Of a stretch of 64,000 nt of DNA, positions 54,552 through 64,000 are shown piece by piece (positions within the stretch are counted from its first letter, which is position 1; each line of letters begins with the position of its first letter). Source of the stretch: the human T2T-CHM13v2.0 reference genome, Homo sapiens; NCBI RefSeq assembly GCF_009914755.1, contig NC_060948.1, one strand, 5' to 3'. The notes under the pieces are model-generated. The model did not search any database. It was not told the DNA's origin and worked only from the letters and a program-made list of their open reading frames with translations. Position numbers and translations under genes: made by a program.

Positions 54552-55826
54552 CAAGGGAACTTCAAAAAGTTCAGAACATACATATGAAAAAGCAGTGGAT
54601 TTCACAACACTTTTTTCATCAAAATAAGCTCATGCTAACTTGTTACAACATGTTTGAATAGTATCTAGTTTGAAGCACTATAAAGTGTGAGACATCAGTT
54701 TGATTAAAGCAGAGCAACATTTTGTTAAAATTGAAACAATAACATCAAAGTTAAGGTGAAGTCTGGGGGGAAGAATTGTGAAATCATTGATGTTTTATAA
54801 AAAGTTTATGAGCACAGTGTCCCAAAGAGATAAGCAGTTTACAAATGGATAACTTGTTTTAATAAGGAATGATGATATTGAAGATGAAGCCTGCAGTGGC
54901 AGACCATGCACATCAATTTGTAAGAAACAAATTCTTGTTCATGCCCTAATTGATGAGGACCAGTGATTAACAGCAGAAACAACAGCTAGCACCACAGACA
55001 TCTCAACTGGTTCAACTTACACAATCTGACTGGAACATTCAAGTTGTGCAAACTTTACACTCAGGTTCCAAAACTGTTGTGCCCACATTAGTTGCAGACA
55101 AGAGTTAAGCTTTCAGTGGAAATTTGAAACAAGTGGGATGAAGATCCTGAGGGCTTTCTACAAAGAATTGTAACAGGAGACCAAACACAGCTTTATCAAT
55201 ACAATCCTGAAGGCAAAGCACACTCAAAGGAATGGCTACCAAGTGAAAGCATAAGTAGAGTGGTCAGTAGGTCATGACAACAGTTTTCTTTCTTTCTTTT
55301 CTTTTCTTTTCTTTTCCTTTTTTTTTTTTCATGCTTAGGGCATTTTCCTTGCTGATTTTCTGGAGGGCCAAAGAATGATAGCATCTGCTTATACAAAAAT
55401 GGTTTTGAGAACGTCAAAGCTTTAGCAGAAAAATGCCCAGAAGTTTCACCAGGGTGTCCTTTTCCAGCACAACAAGGTTCCTGCTCATTAATCTCATCAA
55501 ACAAGGGCAGTCTTGCAAAAGTTTCCATGGGAAATCATTGGGCATCCACCGTACAGTCCTGATGTGGTTCCTTCTGACTTCTCTTGTTTCTTAATCTTTA
55601 AGGGGCATCTTTTTTGTATTTTTTTTTCAGTTGTTAGTGTAGAAAAGACTGCATTGACATGGTTAAGTGCTGAGGACCTTCAGTTCTTTAGGGTTGGATT
55701 AAATGGCTGCTGTCGTTTACATAATGTGTTGAACTTGATGAGCTTATCAACGTTGAGAAATGAAGTTTCTATTTTTTATTTCCATTTTTATTCTATTTTT
55801 TTAATGGACTTTTTGAAGTTCCTTTC
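54552..55826 (+). mobile_element. HSMAR2 mariner, near full length, decayed transposase
   Basis: Inverted termini ggaacttcaaaaagt / actttttgaagttcc; remnants AVYKW, IVTGD and HPPYSPDVVPSDF (YSPDL motif). Confidence 0.88.
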
Positions 55827-55953
55827 CTTAACTGATGGAAAGATGAGAACACAGGCAATTTTCTGGGCATTAATCAGGTTCCAGTTAGACTATGTTGTTA
55901 TTCAGGACAGCATTGGGACCAAAAGGCTAAATTCATGATGAAAGATACACTCC

Positions 55954-56249
55954 CAGCTGAGCAAGGTGGCTCATGCATGTAATCGCAGCACTTTGGGAGG
56001 TCAAGGTGGGCAGATCACCTGAGATCAGGAGTTTGAGACCAGCCTGACCAACATGGCAAAAACTCATTTGTACAAAACATACAAAAAGTAGCCAGACATA
56101 GTGGTGTATGCCTGTAGTCCCAGCTACTCGGGAGGTTGAGGCAGGTGAATAGCTTGAAACTGGGAAGCAGAAGCTGCAGTGAGCCAAGATCTCACCACTG
56201 TACTCCAGCCTGGGCAATGAAGCAATATCTTGTCTCAAAAAAAAGAAAG
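55954..56249 (+). mobile_element. AluS
   Basis: Full dimer. Confidence 0.88.
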
Positions 56250-56399
56250 CCACTCTCCCTTCTTTGCCCTCTAGTGGGTGTTAGCAGCCCAGGCTTTGCT
56301 GTTGCTCCACTGGGGCCCTGGTTCCCTATTTATCTTGCTGCTTCTCTACCTTGCTGCTGTTTGGCGACATCAGTAAGCTTAGTCGAGGGCATCTGCTCT

Positions 56400-56672
56400 A
56401 GAAAACACATGTTTACTGCACTTTTTCTATGTTTTGATATACAAATACCATTGTGTTACAGTTGCTGACAGTATTCGGTACAGTCACATGTTTCAGTATT
56501 CAGTACAGTCAGGTTTGCAGCCTAGGAGAAATAGGCACTACCATCTAGCCTAGTTGTGCTGTAGACTGTGCCATCTAGGTTTGTGTAAGTACACTGTGTG
56601 GTATCATACAACATTATATATCACATAATGACACACTTCTCAAAACTCATCCTTAGTATTAAGCTATGCATA
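56400..56672. mobile_element. Tigger3/MER7 fragment
   Basis: caaatac..cattgtgttacagttgc..cagtattcagtacagt..ctaggtttgtgtaagtacact. Confidence 0.7.
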
Positions 56673-56727
56673 TATTTTCTTTGGCTACAACAGTTGTTAA
56701 GACAGCATTCAAGTGAGGCTGAGAGCT

Positions 56728-57157
56728 CAGTCACAATTACTTTATTTAACTACTTTCCCAAGGACATGGATCTTGCACTCAGCTTTATAGCCAGCCTCAG
56801 AAAACTTCCTAGTGACAACTAATAGGCTAGAGAAGCAGCAGAGTGGTCCGGAGGGGGCTCTTCCATTACCACATGCATGTGCATGAAACATTTCTCTTAT
56901 CCTAGAAGCTCTTCGAGAAGATCATGTAACTGGTGATGAGGGCAATGTCTGGGGGCTGCTACACTTTGGCAGTGCAGTGATGAAAAAATGAGAACAAAGT
57001 TCTAAAGAATGACAATAGAAGAGTCTGAGGAATATGGGGGTTGGACCCTTGGCACATCCACTTCACAGGTTTCTGTGGGTTTGGCAAGCAGGGTCACCCT
57101 TATTTTTGTTGCAGGATTCACTTGCAGTATGGATTTCAAATGTGCTGGCATCAGAAC
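56728..57157 (-). pseudogene. GPR143P: GPR143 (OA1) Y pseudogene, terminal exon with 3' UTR
   Basis: On the - strand, ttttcctcttcag|GT TCT GAT... gives (G)[30 protein letters not shown] (coding 57157-57063) versus recalled GPR143 C-terminus [31 protein letters not shown]; AATAAA on - strand at 56741-56746; same tail-to-tail order as TBL1X-GPR143 on X. Confidence 0.93.
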
Positions 57158-58559
57158 CTGAAGAGGAAAAAACAAAAATTGTGAGTGTCCATCTCTTTGC
57201 CAGTTTGTCCTCAGCTTCGGAAAATGCTCTCAGTACTCACTGCACTGAGTTTTTCATGTGGCAACTTTGGTCAAAATTGCAGCATTCATTTCATCTATGA
57301 GAAAAAAAAAACCTACACCATCTTTCCATCTACATTTTATTAAATCATTACAATAGATGAAACAAGTCCTACAGAATTTTCTAGGCCAGTTAATGGCTGA
57401 TCATGGCACAGATGTGCAGGCAAAAAAACTGTTGGTTTAGGAAAGTTTTAGAGACCCAGGACGTGTGCTGTCTAATTTAGGAGCAGAGAGCGCTATTGTG
57501 ACAGCTGGTACAGCTTCTACTAGGGATGGTAACTCAGGCAACAGGGACCCTATGGTTGGCTGGCTACCTACACTCAACTCCAGGAAGTGCTGGAAGGGAG
57601 GGAGACCACAACTGTGAAAAACTACACCACCTCCCAATGTGTTTTCATGGGCAATGACACATGTTTATAGCAAGCAGCTCCTCCCCATCAGCATCTACTC
57701 ATGGAAAACTGTCATCTCAAGTCCCAAATTGGATACACATCCAGCCTCATTTAAATACACAGTACTACATGCCTGGTAACCCTTTGTGAAATTGAGCTCA
57801 TTCCGATCATGACCCTACATAAGATGATAAAGTGACAAATAATGTTTTTGTAAATACAGGAATGTATTTGTCCCAATGTGCTCAGCATTTCCTTCATGAG
57901 ACATTTTTATCAGGTGTGGATTTCAGGATGGTTTTGCTCTCGCATGCAGTATTTTCTAGAAAATAATTAAGAGTCTAATAATTGCTCACATTTTTCTCTT
58001 TACTCCCCTGCTAAGAAGCTCAAAGCCAAACTACCATCCATTTTAAATAGTTATCTGGGGCTAATTCTAGCTGGCTTTCTATTTCATTATCATTTTCCTT
58101 TAGTTCCTGTTTCATTTATTAATCAATTTCCCCATGTTGTTCTTCCAGAATATGACATGGTTTAAAAGGATACAGAACAAAAGGAAAAAAATGTGAGCAT
58201 CAGTCAGCAGTGTGAGAGCTAATGTGAATCCCATCAAAAGAATAATCTTGGGCACTGGTCATCATTCCAGCAATACACCTTCTTTCTGTTAGACCCTTTG
58301 AAACCACTGTCAGAATTATTCTTCCGATCCCCAAATATACTAGAATACTTGCTCCATCCCAGGTTGCAAGCTGTGTGTGGGGAATACAGAGGTGGAAAAC
58401 ATGAAGGAGGGTTGCCTTTCCAACCACAGACAGGGCAAATGACCCCAAAAAGCCTCCAAAGAGCCTCCAAAGCCCTCCACCCTTGGGGCTTGCTGACAAT
58501 CACAACCTCCTATGAGTCCCTCTCTGTTTCCTCACACCCTTAGGCATACTGCTTCTCTC

Positions 58560-58912
58560 CCTCCCACTCCAGGCTTGGTCCTGCCACTGGGCCTCTGCAA
58601 CTCTATTTTTCTGTCTGTAAGGCTCTTCTGATTTTCTTGTGGTTCCTACACTTGATTCGGGTCTCAATGCTAATGTTACCTCATGCTCAGGGAGACTCTG
58701 GGACAACCTCTCTAAAATCATGCTCCCAACCGTCCCTGATTTTTCTTCACAGCACTTCCCATTACCTGGATGGAATATCATATCATTATTTGTGTTTTTC
58801 ATTCTCTGTCTCTGCCACTACAGTGGAGAGTCTCAGTGGACAGGGAATGTGTCATAGTGACTGTACCCGATGCCCCAGATAACACCTGGTATATAGAGGG
58901 TGCTCAATCAAC
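58560..58912 (+). mobile_element. L2 3' fragment
   Basis: Ends cctgg..tagagggtgctcaatcaac, like the L2 3' terminus. Confidence 0.55.
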
Positions 58913-59217
58913 ATGGGGAATGGGTCAGTACAGTCATGTTAAGTGCCTGACAGCAATGGGATGCAGCACTACTACTTTGGAGCACTCATTAAGATATGAG
59001 TACAAAGAAGGGTAGTAACAAGCTCAATTTTAAAAGAGATACATGCAGAGTTTGGGAGAATATTTTAGGGGAAAAAAAGAACATGAGAGTTATATGGAAA
59101 AGAGGCAGTCAGAAGTTGTGGCACTATGAGAGATGTGGTTGTAAAGAACTAAGAAAGCCTGAGCCAGGCTTGGTCCTGCCACTTTAAGGCAATAACAATA
59201 TTGCCTTTTACCAAGAA

Positions 59218-59502
59218 GGCAAGTGTGGTTCACACCTCTAACTAGTGCTTTAGGAGGCTGAAACAGGAAGATCGCTTGAGGCCAGAAATGCAGGACCAGC
59301 CTGGGAAATACAGAAAGACCCCATCTCTATGATAAAAATTTTAAAACAAGCCAGTTGTAGCAGTGTACACCTGTGGTCCCAGTAACTTGGCAAGCTGAAG
59401 TGAAAGGATTGCTTGAACCTAGGAGTTCAAGGCTGCAATGAACCATAATCACACCACTTCACTCCAGCCTAGGCAACAGTGAGATCCTACCTCAAAAAAA
59501 AG
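59218..59502 (+). mobile_element. AluJ
   Basis: Diverged dimer. Confidence 0.8.
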
Positions 59503-59893
59503 GCAACTGCAATACTGTTGTGTCTCTGAAACATACGCATGCACTATGGGCTGTGGGAGAACATGGCACTCAGATCTTCCTCCCAGGGTTGGATTAAGGT
59601 GAATCTGGAGGAATCTTGGTCTGAGTTAACTCAGAGAAAGTGTGATGAGCTGCTCAAACAGTGGGTAAAGAGATTGAGCAATGGGGGAGGACTGGCCATG
59701 GATGACACAGCCAGATTTTGAGGAGAGCCTGGGTGGCTGACAAGGATGGTGGAGAGCTGGTTTTGCTAGGGTGGTAAACCTGCCTTTCCTGGAGCCAAGA
59801 CACCAGCTGGGAAAACTTCTAAAGAAGCCTTGCAGTTCTGGAGCAGCATTCCTGCTAGAGGGGGCTGGTGGCACATCAAAAAGATTTGATTCT

Positions 59894-60190
59894 GGCCGGG
59901 CACATTATGTTCACGCCTGTAATCCCAGCACTTTGGGAGGCTGAGGCGGGCGGATCACGAGGTCAGGAGATTGAGACCATGCTGGCTAACACAGTGAAAT
60001 CCCTTCTCTACTAAAAATACAAAAAATTAGCCGGGCGTGGTGGCAGGCGCCTGTAGTCCCAGCTACTCACTAGGCTGAGGCGGGAGAATGGCGTGAATCC
60101 GGGAGGCGGAGCTTGCACTGAGCCCAGATCGCGCCACTGCATTCCAGCCTGGGCGACAGGGCCAGACTCTGTCTCAAAAAAAAAAAAAAC
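59894..60190 (+). mobile_element. AluY
   Basis: CpG-rich; gaatggcgtgaa and ggagcttgca diagnostics; TSD aaaaaga(t/c)ttgattct. Confidence 0.92.
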
Positions 60191-60700
60191 AAAAAAGACT
60201 TGATTCTCACCAGGTCACCCACTGTTTATGAGGATGTCATGGATTCAAGCAAACTTGTGTGTGATTTCTGCGGTTCTTTTCAAACAGACTCTGGGCTGGG
60301 GTGTCATATGGTGGCTCTTTTTATTATTTTTTAGAAGTATTTATTATTTGAATTTTCTAGTCCAGAAATTATATTGTTAAAGTTTCATTTTCTCTATTAT
60401 AAAAATAATTCATACTTGTTAAAATGTGGAAAATAATTTTGCCTTATAGAAAAGTCAGGAAATATAAAAAACTTTAGAGAAGTATGAATGACTCATGGTC
60501 CCTCCACCCAGAGACAACCACTGTTAACATCTTACCATATATAAGTCATTTCATTTTATTTGATGAGTTTGAATAACTGAGATTTTGTTTTTTTAAAAAA
60601 AGCTGTATTTAGTATACTATATTTAAATGTATGTACAAGGAGGTTAGTCCAAAGAAACACAGTAATTTTTTATGTCTAGTGATAGGGAACTTTAAACAAT

Positions 60701-61338
60701 TGTTTTTGTTGTTGTTGTTGTTTCACGTGGTCTCACTCTGTTCCCCAGGCTTAGTCTTGGCTTCTTTACTCACTGCAACTTCTGCCTCTAGGGTTCAAGT
60801 GATTGTTGTGAGTCAGCCTCCCAAGTAGCTGAGATTACAAACATGCACCTCCAGGCCTGGCTAACTTTTGTGTTTTTAGTAGAGACAGAGTTGTACCATG
60901 TTGTCCAGGCTGGTCTCAAACTCCTAGCCTCATGTGATCCACCCACTTTGGCCTCCCAGAAGTGCTGGGATTACAGGCATGAGCCACAGCGCCTGGATAA
61001 AACAATGTTTTTAAAAACTTGTACAATCAGGCCTGGCACAGTGACTCAAGCCTGTAATCCCAGCACTTTGGGAGGTCAAGGTGGAAGGCTCGCTTGAACC
61101 CACGAGTTTGAAACTAGCCTAAGACACATGGCAAGAGCCTATGTCTACAAAAAAAGTATATACAAAAATTAGCCAGGTGTGGTGGTACATGCCTATAATC
61201 TCAGCTACTTGGGAGGCTGAGGTGGGAGCATGAACTGGGCCCAGGAGGTGGAGGCTGCCACGAGCTATGATTGTCCCACTGCATTCCAGCCTGGGCAACA
61301 GAGTGAGATGCTGTTTTGAAAGGAAAAAGGAAAAAAAA
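60701..61338. mobile_element. Head-to-head Alu pair (60701-60996 minus; 61030-61338 plus)
   Basis: Two dimers about 33 bp apart. Confidence 0.85.
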
Positions 61339-61438
61339 GTTCTACAGTCAACAGATGATATTCAAAGGACCTCTTAGTTAAAGCAAGCTTTCTTCTTCTA
61401 ATTCCAATACCACTGAGAGATTTTTCGCATCTCTTGAT

Positions 61439-62126
61439 TGTTACAGTAGGTTTTCAGACACATATGAGTATGACAGGAAAAGGTCTCTGTCCCCAGGAAT
61501 GTGAGGCGACCATCAAGTTATTCTCAGGTGGTTGGTAAACTGTCTCTCTAACATAATTATTGGTTTCAGCTGCTACCAGCAGAAGGCAGTCTCCAAATAG
61601 ATAGAAACACCGGAAACTGTCGATCAGCAGCTTCCCCATAAAATCTCAGGGGTTGGGAAAGTGGGCTCAAGTATGCACAATGTGAGGCAAGATGGAAGAA
61701 TCTTTCTGGCATATGACCTTCCTCTAGGAACACTGAGCTGGTGAGCATGCACAAAACTCCAGGAAACACTGCACATGTGGCCTCTCCCAAATGGTAGCAG
61801 GCCACTATTGCATGCAGACAGCCTGCCCCAAGAGAATAATCATGGAAGAAGGGATGCAAGACCCCAGAAACCGTGGCAACATATAAGATCCGACATCAAG
61901 GTCTAAACAGTGCACTTGACTCTCTCAAGTTGCCTGCTTGGCCCTCTTCCAAGTGTACTTAACTCCCTTTCATTCCTCTTCTAAAGCTTTTTAATAAACT
62001 TTCCCTCTTGCTCTGAAACATGGCTCAGTCTGTCACTCTCCCTTATGCCTCTCAGTGGAATTCTTTCTTTTAAGGAGGCAAGAAGTGAGGATCTTTCAGA
62101 CCTATGTGGATTCACCACTGCTAACA
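61439..62126 (+). mobile_element. MER50-like solo LTR
   Basis: tgttacagtagg...ctgctaaca; TSD tgat/tgag; AATAAA at about 61993. Confidence 0.8.
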
Positions 62127-62722
62127 TGAGGAGGTGGGCGGCTCACTCCAGGACTCATTTCCTAGAGGAAGAAGTAGGGGCTGGACTGCACTTCCCCAGC
62201 CACAGCCCAGGAGGCTTTTCCAAGCATGTTGTTAAGGACTCCATTCCTCTTAACCTTTTCTAACCATTGCCCTTGACTCATTTGCTATGCTCTGCTTCCT
62301 GTTTTCTTTCCTGAGAAAAGACATCAGCTAAATGCATTATGGACTAGAGCCTCTTCAGTCCTCACTCAGTTTTGGACTTCCCTCTTTTCTCTCCTCTCCT
62401 GTTCCTCACACACCTCCACGGAGCTCCAATGGCAGTCCTGCAGCAAACCCAGGAGGGTCCCAGCACTGAAATGAAAAGTCACTTAGTCCTGGTGCTGAGC
62501 TAACAAGCAATGGCACAGAACTTGTGCTGGCAGAGGGCTGCACATTTACATTTTATTTATTGAACCTGCTTGCTTTCTGCAGCTGCATTCTGTTGATGTC
62601 TCTGAAGGACGATGAATGAAGTCAATGGTTTCAGATAATTCCAGGAGGACATGTCACTGTCTGAGCCCAAGGCATAGCCACTCCCAGTGGCTGTGTACCC
62701 AGAGAGCCTCCCTACTATTTAC

Positions 62723-62832
62723 TTGCAATCACTGTCTTTCTGAACAGGATGGGGTTGACCATGAGGACCAGCAGCAGGGGCAGGTACCTGGTAACACAGT
62801 GGGGGATGGAGTGGTCCAGGCCCAGCTTACAC
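62723..62832 (-). pseudogene. GPR143P: GPR143 Y pseudogene, exon 5 homologue (TM5 region)
   Basis: On the - strand, cctctctcag|G TGT...GCA A|gtaaat; 110 nt; [36 protein letters not shown] versus recalled [36 protein letters not shown]. Confidence 0.93.
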
Positions 62833-63413
62833 CTGAGAGAGGAAAACCAAATCATTCTTCTCAAAAACAAAGCTTTGGCCACTTACCTGGAAGCCAAGAT
62901 AAGAGGATGAAAACAGAAAGGGAAATGCGTAAATCTGCTTCTGACTGCTCAAAGGAAATGAGAGTCATTTGTCATGTCTGGAACAAGCAGTTAATTGCAG
63001 GATAGTAAGGGAGATCAGCTATGTTTCTGTCTCAGAAATGGGATGTCCTCTAAGGTGTTCCAATGGAGAGAGCTTTTAAAGGTTCCTGCTGGGAAAAGGT
63101 GGAAAAGGAAATGACACTCTGGGATGGTGGATTCCCTCCACTGGGTCTCAGTGAAAAAACAAAGGCACTCCATTAAGTAGTTTGGTTTTGAGGGGTTACT
63201 ACATGGCTTTGGGCAATAACACAAATAAGATACAGTCACTGGGCTTGAACAACCCAAAATATATCAGCTATGTATTTCAGAGAAAATGTATTCTCATGGT
63301 TATGGATAACAATAGTTTCAGAGATTCTTGTCAGGGAAGAGGACAATGATTTCTACTGATGGCTCATAGGAGTCACTGGTCATCACAGAACATGCTGGAG
63401 GGCCTCACAATCA

Positions 63414-63909
63414 TGTTATTATTATAAAGTTTCGGTGCTGCAAAAGAAATAGCACTCAAATATAAGATTTTCTTTTTAATTCTCAGCAAGGCAAGGTACT
63501 TCTATAGAAGGGTGCACCCTTACAGATGGAGCAATGGTGAGCGCACACCTGGAAAAGGGAGGGGAAGGGGTTCTTATCCCTGAGGCCCATAGCCTCCTGC
63601 CGTGTCGTTTCCCTCTTGGCTAGGGTTAGACCGCACAGGTTAAACTAGTTCTGATTGACTAATTTAAAGAGAATGATGGGATGAGTGGTTTGGCGGGAAA
63701 AATGTCTATGAAATTAGTCAGGGTGGAGCAGGTAATCAGAATGAGTCAGGATGGAGAATGAGTTAGGGTGGAGAATGAGTCAGGGTGGAGCAGGTAATTG
63801 GAAAAGGTTGCATTACATGGAAGTTAAGTTCAAAAGTAGAAGGCAAAGAATTAAACACATTGACATATTCTTTGAAGATAAATTTAGAATTCAGAATTCG
63901 TATTTAACA
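63414..63909 (-). mobile_element. Solo LTR10F
   Basis: Colinear with the LTR at 19519-20075; two intact TGAGTCA motifs; TSD not evident. Confidence 0.88.
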
Positions 63910-64000
63910 TTACCAAGGTAACAACCGTTAGCTGTGAAATGCTTAAGGTAGGAGAGAAACAAAATGGCACAGAGGAAAAGAGAACTGAAAGGTAAAGGGG

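Noticed and set aside
55513-55938. 141-aa ORF as an active transposase
   Set aside because: Only the first 25 or so residues are in the mariner frame; the rest of the element is disrupted
62616-63005. 129-aa + strand ORF
   Set aside because: It is the antisense shadow of the GPR143P exon 5 homologue

Overview
This is primate (human or great-ape) Y-chromosome DNA, not microbial. The + strand holds the last 12 coding exons of TBL1Y (WD40 subunit of the NCoR/SMRT corepressor) at 20229-47822. They total 1365 nt (454 codons plus stop), all introns are GT-AG and the frame is intact. An X-homologous 3' UTR appears to run to an AATAAA at 51481. On the - strand, tail to tail, are two unprocessed exons of the GPR143 (OA1) Y pseudogene that the ORF track misses: exon 5 at 62723-62832 and the terminal exon at about 56728-57157. 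Exons 6-8 appear deleted without breaking the frame, and a solo LTR10F lies just upstream in the same orientation. The first 20 kb is one intron containing two antisense proviruses with TSDs. The first is MER61-like (1458-11597) with nested Alus, an L1, LTR10C and a HERV-W LTR17. The second is HERVIP10/LTR10F (13100-20075) with AP-1 tandem arrays. The rest holds many Alus, MaLR LTRs, DNA-transposon fossils (near full-length HSMAR2) and several DNA-repair or template-switch scars. I see no demonstrable new biological system. The best candidate is a possible LTR10F-driven spliced mini-transcript from the GPR143P remnant, which is inference only. Gene and repeat-family names come from my recall of protein and consensus sequences, not from searches.
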